In this document: piece after piece, positions 1-9,643 of the stretch
Layout: each line of letters begins with the position of its first letter
Numbering within the stretch: the stretch's first letter is position 1
DNA from: Ignavibacteriota bacterium
Lineage (GTDB): Bacteria > Bacteroidota > Ignavibacteria > UBA10030
Length of the DNA: 64,000 nucleotides
Assembly (NCBI GenBank): GCA_963727825.1
Contig: CAVSHO010000009.1
Coordinates: 96,001 to 160,000, forward strand
Reading direction: 5' to 3'
The notes under the pieces: model-generated
Told to the model about the DNA's origin: nothing
Database searches by the model: none
What the model saw: only the letters and a program-made list of their open reading frames with translations
Made by a program: the position numbers and the translations under genes

Positions 1-619
1 CTGCAGATTTGATATAGGCTGTGAGATCAGAAGCGCCCGTGTGCGCTACAGTCACGACTGCATTTGCGCCGCGCTGTTTTTGTAATAAGATATTCGCAAT
101 TGGTTTGCCGACTATATTGCTGCGGCCGACAATAACAACGTGCTTTCCCGATGGATCATTTCCGCTTCGAATGAGAAGCTCTTGGATACCTGCTGGTGTG
201 CAGGATTTAAATGTATCAAGTCCGATAACTAATTTTCCAATGCTCATAGGATGGAAACCATCCACATCCTTTCGCGGATCAATCGCTTCAATCACTTTCT
301 GTTCGTTAATGTGCTTTGGAAGAGGAAGCTGAACAAGTACACCATGGATTTTTGAGCTGTGGTTGAATTCGCTAATCTTATCCAGCAATGCTTGTTCGGA
401 AATAGTTGCAGGCATAATTTCAGTAATAGAATAAAAGCCTATTGCTTCACATGCCTTCCCTTTCGATTTTACATACGATTGCGATGCCGGATTATCCCCA
501 ACGAGAATGACTGCAAGTCCCGGCACAATGCCATTTGTTTCTTTTAAACGCCGAGTTTCTTCTTTTATTTCACGCTTGATATCCTCGGCAATTTTCTTTC
601 CGTCTATAATCTCAGCCAT
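1..619 (-). CDS. folD: Bifunctional methylenetetrahydrofolate dehydrogenase/cyclohydrolase (3' end runs off the window)
   Basis: Manual translation of the minus strand from ATG at 619: MAEIIDGKKIAEDIK...PGLAVILVGDNPASQSYV...HGVLVQLPLPKHI...IDPRKDVDGFHP. Absent from the ORF track because its stop lies outside the window. Confidence 0.95.
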   Translation of the reverse strand, partial: MAEIIDGKKIAEDIKREIKEETRRLKETNGIVPGLAVILVGDNPASQSYVKSKGKACEAIGFYSITEIMPATISEQALLDKISEFNHSSKIHGVLVQLPLPKHINEQKVIEAIDPRKDVDGFHPMSIGKLVIGLDTFKSCTPAGIQELLIRSGNDPSGKHVVIVGRSNIVGKPIANILLQKQRGANAVVTVAHTGASDLTAYIKSA

Positions 620-621
620 GC

Positions 622-1461
622 TTAATCCTTTGCGTTTTGACAATCTATTGTGACAAATGGAACATTCATGTTAAATCCATGCCTTTGTTCAGCCAACAGA
701 TTTAATTTGTGTTCAATTCTCTGAAAGACATCCTCCTGAGATTCAATCGGCACCAATTCTTTCCAAGCAGTCATAAATATCTTCATAAAGAAATGATTTA
801 GCATAGCAGTGCCATCTGAGAATTTGAAATCAAACTCATCTTCATAAAGTTTAATATTATAAAAATTCGATTGTTCCAGTAAATTTACAAATTCGGATAC
901 CGGCCTTCGCTTCTCATAGATATGAGCATCAACCTTCAGCTGCAATTCGTTAAAACCGCCCTCACGTAGAACTTCATGGAATACATCATAGAATTCGGCA
1001 AAAGTCCGGTTTGTATTAAATGTAAATACAAATTGAGAATGCGGCTTTGACACACGGCTGCATTCACTTAACGTTTTAGAAAGGTACTGAACGTTATTAA
1101 GCCCGTTATTTGAAACAATCAAATCAAAAAAACTATTTTCGAAAGGCATTCGTTCAGCCACACCTTCGACAATTTCAATATTCTGAACACCTGCGTATTT
1201 TATTTTAAATTTTGTACGTTCAATAGCCGCTTTCCACGGGTCGAGACCGAATACTCTAGAAGTGGAACCCAGACGCATAGCAAGCTCTATTAATGGAAAG
1301 CCAGGCCCAAAACCTATATCAAGGGCATGAATATTTTTTTTATACTGGACGAGATTAAGCAGTTTTATTCCAAAAGGCGCCGACCAAAACGACATATCAT
1401 CAAGTGCAGATAAATAATCTGGGTCATTGAAATCTAATTCGGTTTTTAAGTACTGAGTCAT
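622..1461 (-). CDS. Class I SAM-dependent methyltransferase (UbiE/Methyltransf_31-like)
   Basis: Motif I LDIGFGPG, acidic motif II FGLDPW, and AERMPFENSFFDLIVSNNG. Confidence 0.85.
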   Translation of the reverse strand: MTQYLKTELDFNDPDYLSALDDMSFWSAPFGIKLLNLVQYKKNIHALDIGFGPGFPLIELAMRLGSTSRVFGLDPWKAAIERTKFKIKYAGVQNIEIVEGVAERMPFENSFFDLIVSNNGLNNVQYLSKTLSECSRVSKPHSQFVFTFNTNRTFAEFYDVFHEVLREGGFNELQLKVDAHIYEKRRPVSEFVNLLEQSNFYNIKLYEDEFDFKFSDGTAMLNHFFMKIFMTAWKELVPIESQEDVFQRIEHKLNLLAEQRHGFNMNVPFVTIDCQNAKD

Positions 1462-1491
1462 TTATTATCGTGATTTATAATTAAAACAGTA

Positions 1492-2289
1492 CTATTGGAA
1501 ACTTGGAAAAATAACTTGTTCAATCTTTGTTGCCTTGCCGGTTTCTGTATCTACCTGAATATATACCGCACACATCCTTACATCATGCTCGGCAAGCTCA
1601 AACTTGTAAGGTGTCTGGAATTGAAACCGGCGGATTGCAATTTCTTTCTTCATCCCTATCACAGAATCATACGGCCCGCTCATACCGACATCCGTAATAT
1701 ACGCAGTGCCTTTCGGAAGAATCCGCGCGTCTGAAGTTGGTATGTGCGTATGTGTCCCTACAACTACGCTCACGCGCCCATCAAGATGCCAGGCAAGCGC
1801 CATTTTCTCTGCGGTAGCTTCGGCATGCATATCGATAAGGACGACTTTTGTGTCTTTCTCAATTCTACTCAATGCCCAATCTGCCGTTTTGAATGGATCG
1901 TCGATAGTTTGCATAAATGTCCGTCCCTGCAAGTTGATAACGCCAATACGTCCTTTTTCTTTTAAATCGTAAAGAACGAAACCGTTGCCGGGATTTTCCT
2001 TCGGATAGTTCAGCGGCCGCAGAATGTTGCGTTCTTTCGAGATGAGCGCTTTTGCCTGCCAGCGGTCCCATAAATGATTACCAGTAGTGATAACGTGAAC
2101 ACCTAACTCGAAAAGTGTTTTCGCGTCTGCTTCATCAATTCCTTTGCCTTCGGTAACGTTCTCACCGTTAACAACACAGAAATCGATTTCATATTTTTGG
2201 ATGTACTGCTTGAGCAACGTCGAAACGAGCGTCATTCCCGGTTTGCCATTAATATCGCCTACAAAAAAAATATTTATCGGTTTAGCCAC
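1492..2289 (-). CDS. ymdB: TIGR00282/YmdB-family metallophosphoesterase
   Basis: Motifs GDING.PG, VNGEN, TTGNHLWD, DMHAEATAEK, GTHTHIPT, TDVGMSGPYDSVIG. Confidence 0.92.
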   Translation of the reverse strand: MAKPINIFFVGDINGKPGMTLVSTLLKQYIQKYEIDFCVVNGENVTEGKGIDEADAKTLFELGVHVITTGNHLWDRWQAKALISKERNILRPLNYPKENPGNGFVLYDLKEKGRIGVINLQGRTFMQTIDDPFKTADWALSRIEKDTKVVLIDMHAEATAEKMALAWHLDGRVSVVVGTHTHIPTSDARILPKGTAYITDVGMSGPYDSVIGMKKEIAIRRFQFQTPYKFELAEHDVRMCAVYIQVDTETGKATKIEQVIFPSFQ

Positions 2290-2365
2290 AAATTCCCTCT
2301 ATGTGTTATGATTTAAATGTGATGTCCAGTATAATTTTAGATATCGATGCTTAGTAAAAAGCTGG

Positions 2366-3403
2366 TCAGTTCAGACCTAGAATGTTTTTGTACACCTGCT
2401 TCGTTTTTTCTCCTACCTTTTCCCACAGAAATTCCTTTTGAATGCGTGTACTCAGTACATTATCTTTTTTATTTTTCAAGGCCGCTTCTATTCCTTTAGC
2501 AATACTCTCTGTAGATGTCGGCTCAACATAGACCGCATCATTGCCAAAATAATCTTTAGTTCCGCCAACTGGTGTGATGACAATTTTTGCTCCAGTCAAG
2601 CCCGCTTCTAATGCGGCAATTCCCGGGGTCTCAAACTGCGATGGAAGAACAAAAACATCACAAGCAGCATAAGCTGATGCCAGCAACATCGAGTCATGAG
2701 GAATCGCATCGATAATCAATAACCGAGGATTGCGGCTTGCACGTTCAAGACACGCCCTTCCGGATGGCGTATCTTCTATACGTCCTATAATTACCGCCGG
2801 ATGATCGACGCGCTCAAGCGCTTCAATGAGCCGTAAATAATTTTTACGTTCAGGCCCGATATGCCCTACAGAAAGGATAAAGTTTTTTATCCCATACTCT
2901 CGTTCGAATAATCCTGATGCCGCATGCACAAATCGTTCTTCCACGCCATTCGGAACGACGATTACTTTTTTCCTCGGAATGCCAAAAGCATCAACAAACA
3001 AATTCCCTTCTTCAGTGGTGTTTGGTGTAATGGCTTCTGCCCAGCTGCACATCTCTGCGATTAAGCCGTAATCCGTCCAGATTCCTCGCAATTTGCGGCT
3101 TATAAGTTTATCGATTTTGATAACATTCTGAACCACATTAGCGGAACGCCGCGTATAAAAAACCGGCGAGATGACGAGAGGAAGTCCATGCGTTTTTATA
3201 GCACGTGCAAAATGGTACGTTGCCATGTTTGCTGAAAAAACATGCACAAGATCAAATTCGTTCGCTTGAAAATTCCGCCAAGAATCGAATAACGTTACAT
3301 GCACACCAAGGTTTTCCAATGCTTCTTTTGTTTGAAGCACTTGTATAAGCACACCACCGCGCGTTAATGCTGTCGCCTGACTTGTTGCAAATAAAATGTG
3401 CAT
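2366..3403 (-). CDS. Glycosyltransferase family 4 (GT-B fold)
   Basis: VVPNGV, RKNY, DVFVLPSQFETPGIAALEA (E-x7-E signature). Confidence 0.9.
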   Translation of the reverse strand: MHILFATSQATALTRGGVLIQVLQTKEALENLGVHVTLFDSWRNFQANEFDLVHVFSANMATYHFARAIKTHGLPLVISPVFYTRRSANVVQNVIKIDKLISRKLRGIWTDYGLIAEMCSWAEAITPNTTEEGNLFVDAFGIPRKKVIVVPNGVEERFVHAASGLFEREYGIKNFILSVGHIGPERKNYLRLIEALERVDHPAVIIGRIEDTPSGRACLERASRNPRLLIIDAIPHDSMLLASAYAACDVFVLPSQFETPGIAALEAGLTGAKIVITPVGGTKDYFGNDAVYVEPTSTESIAKGIEAALKNKKDNVLSTRIQKEFLWEKVGEKTKQVYKNILGLN

Positions 3404-3412
3404 ACGTTATCC

Positions 3413-4966
3413 TTATGCTTTTTTCCGAACAAAACTCATTGCGGCATTTACACCGCGTACAAGCGGAATGCGATAGTTAAACCGCCGAATGCGCAAATAA
3501 TCATCCGGCATCGTCCATGCAGTGGATTTCGATTCCCATTTAACGGTTTCCAGCACAATTTGTTCTGATAGAGGGATGATTGCTTCTGTTCCATTTGGTT
3601 GTACAAGGCGAACGTACAGCGATTTGTCTGATCGAACGTCATGTAAATGCACTTTTCCGTTCGCATACTGTAATTCAGGAATTGATGCTATACGCATTTT
3701 CCACCAATATACATATTCATTCATCGTTTTTGCAGGTACTTTTTCATAGCGCATTTCTTGAAAAAGCCATTCCAATACATCAAGATGCATATCTCGCGGA
3801 TGATGATAAAAAATGAGCGGCTCACGCATTGCTATTTTCCGCTCAACAACATCCGCAAAGTACCGGATCATCTGCTCACTATTATATCCATTACGTTTCA
3901 AACTGCCAATACAAATTGGATGGATCGGCACTTGTAATACGCCCTCACCACCATGAAGCTGCGGTAAACTCGGCAGGTTGTCATAATCATACGAAAACTC
4001 TGATGAATATTCAAAACCGCAATCAATAATTGCACGGCCAAGTTCATCGTTCCATGTGCCAAATGGAGCAGCAAACCCTTGCAAACGAAATTTGGGGTCG
4101 CGTAACAACGCTTGCGCCTTGCGAATATTCTGAACATTGCGCTCATAATCAGGAAACGTCTCGTGATCAAAGCAATGCACGCCAAACTCCTGCTCATGCA
4201 TCTCTGCAACGAACTTTATAGATTTTGTATGACTTTTAGCATCAATGAACCAAGTCGCAGAAAGCCCATTACGATGGACAATATGAGATAAATCTTTCAA
4301 CTGTTCATCTGTTCCATTGTCCGTATCAATTCGGAAGCAGAACAACGAGCGTGCACCATTTGGAAAGCTCCAGAGATGAACAAACGGTAATCCACGGCGG
4401 TGATGAAGAAGTTCAAGACAACGCAAGACTAATGCACGGATTTCTACTTTTGAAACCCTTGAAACAGTTTCAAATGGAAGTCGGCGTTCCGGTGAATAAA
4501 ACGATTTGATTGCTGCACGCTGATCTAATACCAATGCCGCAGGATCAAACGGTAAAGCGATAACCAAATCATCCGGTTGTGTTCCAACGTGAGCCGCAAA
4601 ACTGCCTCGGTTGGTCTTTAGGTCGTTAGCATTCCAAGCAAGCTGGCATCGAGAATAAATATCGACGATGCCAAGCGGATGGAACACCGAATTATGTCCA
4701 GGATAAATATAATCGATATATGCTAATTGAGCAGTTATTTGCCGGATACGCGCATATACTTTTACCGAACACAAAACTGCACCTCCGAGCCCAAGGTATT
4801 GTCGAAGCATTTCCGATTCACGATCATCCACCGTATCACTCGCCACCACAGCACTGAATTCATCCGGAAGCAATGAATCCGTAACAATCACATGCGGCAC
4901 ACCGATCTGCTGAAGAATGGCACGCCAACCGGAGTGTCCGCCAAGAATTCCGATTTTCAAGTTCAT
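3413..4966 (-). CDS. Polysaccharide deacetylase-like (NodB/CE4) domain protein
   Basis: FRIDTD, ATWFI, EFGVHCFDH, GFAAPFG, FEYSSEF, FYHHP; lies within the glycan cluster. Confidence 0.7.
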   Translation of the reverse strand: MNLKIGILGGHSGWRAILQQIGVPHVIVTDSLLPDEFSAVVASDTVDDRESEMLRQYLGLGGAVLCSVKVYARIRQITAQLAYIDYIYPGHNSVFHPLGIVDIYSRCQLAWNANDLKTNRGSFAAHVGTQPDDLVIALPFDPAALVLDQRAAIKSFYSPERRLPFETVSRVSKVEIRALVLRCLELLHHRRGLPFVHLWSFPNGARSLFCFRIDTDNGTDEQLKDLSHIVHRNGLSATWFIDAKSHTKSIKFVAEMHEQEFGVHCFDHETFPDYERNVQNIRKAQALLRDPKFRLQGFAAPFGTWNDELGRAIIDCGFEYSSEFSYDYDNLPSLPQLHGGEGVLQVPIHPICIGSLKRNGYNSEQMIRYFADVVERKIAMREPLIFYHHPRDMHLDVLEWLFQEMRYEKVPAKTMNEYVYWWKMRIASIPELQYANGKVHLHDVRSDKSLYVRLVQPNGTEAIIPLSEQIVLETVKWESKSTAWTMPDDYLRIRRFNYRIPLVRGVNAAMSFVRKKA

Positions 4967-6354
4967 TAGAACCTCATTATTAATGTCTTGACATCATTCC
5001 AAACGACGGCACGCAGAAGTATTAATGTAAGGCAATAACATACAATACCACAGAGAATTCCCCACGACAATCCATACGGAAAAACAAATGCAACACAAAC
5101 TGCCATTACCGCTACAGACAGAAGCACACGTAAAAATTTTTCCGGCCGATGAATAGGAACGATTTGCTGAAGTGCATGCTTCATTAATAGAACACTTATG
5201 CCTTCAGATATAACAACACCGAAGGCAGCTCCAATCGCTCCAAATAAATACGCCCCGGCAGTGACAGTGACAAGATATACGAAAGCCGTTACGAGCATAA
5301 TTCTTCCATACGATTTATCTCCACCAACACCAATTAATCCAGCAGAATACACCGTGTGCAGCATCGTAATAAAGAAATACCAAATAAACACTTGAAACAC
5401 TGCAATCGATGAACCGTACTCGACTCCATAGATTATCGTAATAAGTTTGCTTGCGATCAATATTCCACCAACCGCAATAGGCAGACTTATGATGAGAATC
5501 CATCGTATCGCATCAGTCAGCATGAGATTGAATGTTTCCGGCGAATCTGTGTACTTGCGTGCTGATGCTGGCAAAAGAAGCAAAACGAGAATTCGATCGC
5601 CCATCAGCAAAAAATAAACTAATTTGCTTGCCGCACTGTATATGCCGACATTTGCTGTAGTTGTAAAAATACCAAGCGCAAGCGATGGGTAATTAATAAC
5701 TAAAGTTGTAAGAATAATCCCAACTGCTAGTGGAATTGACTCCTTTAAAAGACGCAGTGAAGGTTTGATGCGAATTTGAATACCGGGATGCGTTTTGCGA
5801 AATTGTGTAAACAGCAGCGTCGACGCCACACATTCACCGGCGATACTTCCAATTGCTACCCATAAAATATCGTTGACTGTTCTGACAAAAATAAGAACAA
5901 CCGCAAGATAAATAACCGCCTGCATTACTCTCGCCGCACTGACAATCCCTAATTTTTCTTTTCCTTGAAAGAACCAATCGACAAAAAATATTTGCGGCAG
6001 CACAGCGCATGAAAATAATATAATGAGCCACGCGAGAGTTGTATTCTGAACCGCAGTCAACACTACGAACGCAACCACAAGAAGAACGATAATTGTAGCG
6101 ATCATTCTGCTTCCGATTACGTTGCCCACCAATTCTGGCGGTTCACCCTGGGCTATTTTCTTTGTCCCGAGTGTAGGAAATCCGGCCCCGCTCAAGACCA
6201 TAACATATGCGAGAACTGCAAAGCCAAAATTGACCTCACCGAAACCTTCTTTCCCTAAAATGCGAGCCAGATATGCGACAGAAATAAAACCTAATAACCG
6301 ACGCGCTACGTCTGCGGAAAAAAGCGAAAGAAGATTTTTAGAAAGCCGTTTCAT
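4966..6354 (-). CDS. Wzx-like oligosaccharide flippase
   Basis: Many hydrophobic segments, YLARILGKEGFG, WFFQGKEK, VGIYSAA; lies between two GT genes. Confidence 0.88.
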   Translation of the reverse strand: MKRLSKNLLSLFSADVARRLLGFISVAYLARILGKEGFGEVNFGFAVLAYVMVLSGAGFPTLGTKKIAQGEPPELVGNVIGSRMIATIIVLLVVAFVVLTAVQNTTLAWLIILFSCAVLPQIFFVDWFFQGKEKLGIVSAARVMQAVIYLAVVLIFVRTVNDILWVAIGSIAGECVASTLLFTQFRKTHPGIQIRIKPSLRLLKESIPLAVGIILTTLVINYPSLALGIFTTTANVGIYSAASKLVYFLLMGDRILVLLLLPASARKYTDSPETFNLMLTDAIRWILIISLPIAVGGILIASKLITIIYGVEYGSSIAVFQVFIWYFFITMLHTVYSAGLIGVGGDKSYGRIMLVTAFVYLVTVTAGAYLFGAIGAAFGVVISEGISVLLMKHALQQIVPIHRPEKFLRVLLSVAVMAVCVAFVFPYGLSWGILCGIVCYCLTLILLRAVVWNDVKTLIMRF

Positions 6355-7526
6355 GGATGCTTTACTGCTCTTGCGTAAACTTCATACGTTAGTCTTCCAA
6401 TATTCGACCACGAATATTTCTGCTCGGCGAATTCAATTATATGCGAGCAGGTTTGTTCACGCTGATGGAACAAGTTACTGTTGAAAAACAGTTGAATTTT
6501 CTCTGCCATATCTTTGCTATCGTCCGGCTTGCAGATGAAACCTGTTACCCCGTCGATAACGTCTTCGTGAAAACTACCAACGTCCGTTGCGATTATCGGT
6601 AAGCCAAATCGGTATGCAAGAAAAATTACACCGCTCTGAAAAATTTTTTCATAAGGCAAGACAAGGCAATCCGCAGCAGCGAAGTACGTTTCCACTTCAT
6701 CAACTGGAATAAACTGCAATCGGAATAAAACATTTTTCCCGGGTAGAATTTTTGCTGCCTGCGATTTTAATTTTTCCGCATATTTCAGCTCCCGCTTTGG
6801 TTTGCCTGCGATTATCAGCACAATTTCTGGATTTTCTCTGACAAGCAAAGATGCCGCATCAATCAACTTTTCTACACCTTTGTATTCATCAATCTGACCA
6901 AAGAAAAGAATTGCATGCGCAGTTGATTCAATACCGAGTTTTTCGCGCGCCTCTTTTTGCGATAAGCCGCGCCGCGGTATTCGATTATTGATTCCATGTG
7001 GAATGACAACAACTTTTTCCGGGGAGAGGTTAAAGAGCGAACAAAGCTCTTCCTTCATCTTTTGCGTATGAACAATAATACAATCCATAAGGTGATACAT
7101 AATCTTGAGTGAAATCCAGCGAAGAAAGGTCGCTCGTCCGTCGCGATCGTCCTTATAAATATTGTGCGCAGTATGAACTAACTTTTTATCGAACATCTTA
7201 TAATAGAGGATTAAAACAGTCCGATCAATTAGAGAAATACTGTTTTCCCATTGAATATGAAAAATTTCTGATCGTGTATGCGCAGTGTACCATATAAGTC
7301 GTAAGTAGTACTTATTAATATACCAAGCTTTTGCAAAGAGAGATTGTGGTGAAAGATTATCTCCGCGCAGATTGAAGAGTGTAGTACGCGGGAAAGCATC
7401 AACGACACCGACTGAACTATCGGAGTCAACAACTTCTATCTCCAGTGTTTGTATTGCTGAAAGTCCGGAGACGATTCCGTAAAGATAATCGGTCTGTTGA
7501 CCGGCATTAAGAATGGAGATTTTCAT
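6351..7526 (-). CDS. Glycosyltransferase family 4
   Basis: VIPHGI, FFGQIDEYKGV, ADCLVLPY...QSGV...GLPIIATDVG. Confidence 0.9.
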   Translation of the reverse strand: MKISILNAGQQTDYLYGIVSGLSAIQTLEIEVVDSDSSVGVVDAFPRTTLFNLRGDNLSPQSLFAKAWYINKYYLRLIWYTAHTRSEIFHIQWENSISLIDRTVLILYYKMFDKKLVHTAHNIYKDDRDGRATFLRWISLKIMYHLMDCIIVHTQKMKEELCSLFNLSPEKVVVIPHGINNRIPRRGLSQKEAREKLGIESTAHAILFFGQIDEYKGVEKLIDAASLLVRENPEIVLIIAGKPKRELKYAEKLKSQAAKILPGKNVLFRLQFIPVDEVETYFAAADCLVLPYEKIFQSGVIFLAYRFGLPIIATDVGSFHEDVIDGVTGFICKPDDSKDMAEKIQLFFNSNLFHQREQTCSHIIEFAEQKYSWSNIGRLTYEVYARAVKHP

Positions 7527-7541
7527 AAGCGGGACGATCTA

Positions 7542-8030
7542 TTAGTCCACTTCTACCTCAAGCTTGACAATATTATATCCTTTCATCGTGTCGACCACCC
7601 CGAAGATAACGCCTATAAAGACAACGACCATACCGCAAAGGAACATAGTGAGAATTAAATAACCGAGCAGAAGCATTGGCACAAAATAGTCAGCGCCAAT
7701 CAATAACGATGTGACAACGAACAAGCCCACTGCTCCGAGGTAACAAGATACTGAATCCCGGATGAGACGCGCTCGGTCCAGAAGTCCTACTACCTGCCGA
7801 GTTATACTTTCAATGCGATGGTTCTCAGCGGGATGAAAATCCCGTTCCGCTGCATTGAAGATTATCTTCCTTTTTTCTTCAGTTAATATCCTGATGCGAT
7901 TGAGTACAGCAGTGAATTTATTGTTAATGCCAAGCAACAAAAGGCCGCATGCACTGATCATTACACCTGGAGCAAGAATCAGCTGAATGGCTTGGATGAC
8001 AGATATGTTTTCAGAAAGATTCGGATTCAT
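7542..8030 (-). CDS. DUF2721-like membrane protein
   Basis: IQLILAPGVMISACGLLLLG..N...R.R N-terminal motif and three hydrophobic helices. Confidence 0.75.
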   Translation of the reverse strand: MNPNLSENISVIQAIQLILAPGVMISACGLLLLGINNKFTAVLNRIRILTEEKRKIIFNAAERDFHPAENHRIESITRQVVGLLDRARLIRDSVSCYLGAVGLFVVTSLLIGADYFVPMLLLGYLILTMFLCGMVVVFIGVIFGVVDTMKGYNIVKLEVEVD

Positions 8031-8053
8031 TCGTTTCGACCTTTACATTCTGA

Positions 8054-9064
8054 TTAATCTTTATTCACAATCTCACCCATAATAAATGATTTTTCTTTCT
8101 TCCTCTTAAGAGCTGACACAACAGCATCGACGCCTCTATGATCCACAAGCAAAATCAATCCGACACCAAGATTAAATGTGCGCCTCATATCTTCTTCAGG
8201 CACTTCGCCGACATGCTGGATAAGGTTAAAAATAGCGGGCCGCTCCCATGCATTCCAATCCACGTTGAGCGCCAATCCGTTCGGTACAATGCGCATCGTA
8301 TTGCCCTCGATGCCGCCGCCTGTGATGTGTGACAGACCATGGATATACTTTGAAACAGATGAATTCAATAGCGGGTGAATCGATTGCCGGTATGAACGAT
8401 GGATCGCCAGCAGTGCATCTCCTAAGGTCTTTCCTAATTCATCAAGATATATTTCAAGCGAAAACTTGTTGAGCAGCACACGGCGAGCAAGTGAATAACC
8501 ATTCGTATGCAACCCCGTGGAAGGTAAACCGATAAGCACATCGCCTTTCTTGACGTTCTTGCCGTTTAAAATTTTCTTCTCATCTACAATTCCAACGACA
8601 GTTCCCGCGATATCGTAATCTTCCATTCCGTACATACCTGGCATTTCTGCTGTTTCGCCGCCGATAAGCGCGCAATCGTTTTCTTTACATGCTTTCACAA
8701 AGCCGAGAATAACTCGCTCGGCAACATCCGCCGACAATTTGCCAGTAGCATAATAATCCAAGAAGAATAACGGTTTTGCACCGCATACCAGGATGTCATT
8801 CACACAATGGTTCACCAAATCCTGTCCAATGCTGTCATGACGATTCATCATGATGGCTATCTTCAATTTTGTGCCAACCCCATCCACACTGGAGACAAGC
8901 ACGGGCTTTTTAATACCCTTAAAATCCGCGCGGTAAAAGGCGCCAAACATACCGATATCCGTAAGCACGTTGCGGTTGAAAGTGGAACGAATTGGTTTTT
9001 TTATGCAATGGATAAGTTCTTCGCCGGCGTCGATATCAACACCGGATTCTTTATATGTTGCCAT
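8054..9064 (-). CDS. purM: Phosphoribosylformylglycinamidine cyclo-ligase (AIR synthetase)
   Basis: TYKESGVDI, DGVGTK, GGETAEMPG, HTNGYSL, HITGGG, TFNLGVG. Confidence 0.97.
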   Translation of the reverse strand: MATYKESGVDIDAGEELIHCIKKPIRSTFNRNVLTDIGMFGAFYRADFKGIKKPVLVSSVDGVGTKLKIAIMMNRHDSIGQDLVNHCVNDILVCGAKPLFFLDYYATGKLSADVAERVILGFVKACKENDCALIGGETAEMPGMYGMEDYDIAGTVVGIVDEKKILNGKNVKKGDVLIGLPSTGLHTNGYSLARRVLLNKFSLEIYLDELGKTLGDALLAIHRSYRQSIHPLLNSSVSKYIHGLSHITGGGIEGNTMRIVPNGLALNVDWNAWERPAIFNLIQHVGEVPEEDMRRTFNLGVGLILLVDHRGVDAVVSALKRKKEKSFIMGEIVNKD

Positions 9065-9168
9065 AGATGGAACTTCCTGATAAGAAATTTCTATTGATAT
9101 AAGATAGCGGATTTTTTTGCCTTGAACAAGGAAAGAGCGGGTATCTATTCATAAAAGCGGAGTTTCCC

Positions 9169-9197
9169 TTGCTCTTTTTCTTCGGCTTCTCTATATT
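9169..9197 (+). promoter_or_regulatory. Putative sigma70-type promoter for the lipoprotein-subtilase pair
   Basis: TTGCTC-17 nt-TATATT; the same TTGnnn-17-TATATT pattern recurs at 12673 and 27573. Confidence 0.5.
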
Positions 9198-9258
9198 ATC
9201 AATACCAAAGTCAAACATAAAGAATGCGAATGGTACTAATAATTAGTAGGGAGAGAAT

Positions 9259-9633
9259 TTGAAAATTCATTTACTCCCTATTGCAATGGCAATGATTGTG
9301 CTTCTTTTATTCCAATGTTCATCTACAAAATCGCTATCGGACAATGAAAAAGCCAAATTAGATCCTCCTCTTCTTCATTTACTGAGTGATAACAGTGATG
9401 ATGGCAAGCGACTTGAAATCACTCATAGAGCCGATGGAACAAAAGAGTATGCAGTTATTGTTCAATCAGAGCATCCTGAAGCGATTCGAGCATTGGGAAT
9501 CAACGTAAGTAGTGTGTTTGGAGATATTATTGTGGCACATGTCACACTGGAAGAGTTAAAAAACATCGTATCATTATCTACAGTCAAATCAGTACGAACT
9601 GGATCAAAAAGAACTATACTACAGAAACAATAA
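9259..9633 (+). CDS. Putative lipoprotein resembling the pro-domain of the downstream S8 peptidase
   Basis: TTG start after a GGGAGAG RBS-like sequence; hydrophobic signal ending LLFQ-C-SS; aligns by eye with about residues 27-124 of the next ORF. Confidence 0.75.
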   Translation: MKIHLLPIAMAMIVLLLFQCSSTKSLSDNEKAKLDPPLLHLLSDNSDDGKRLEITHRADGTKEYAVIVQSEHPEAIRALGINVSSVFGDIIVAHVTLEELKNIVSLSTVKSVRTGSKRTILQKQ

Positions 9634-9643
9634 AAAGGCTCCT

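Noticed and set aside
21-547. Plus-strand ORFs 21-332 and 359-547, and similar short antisense ORFs throughout the window
   Set aside because: They are shadows of real genes on the opposite strand (folD here).
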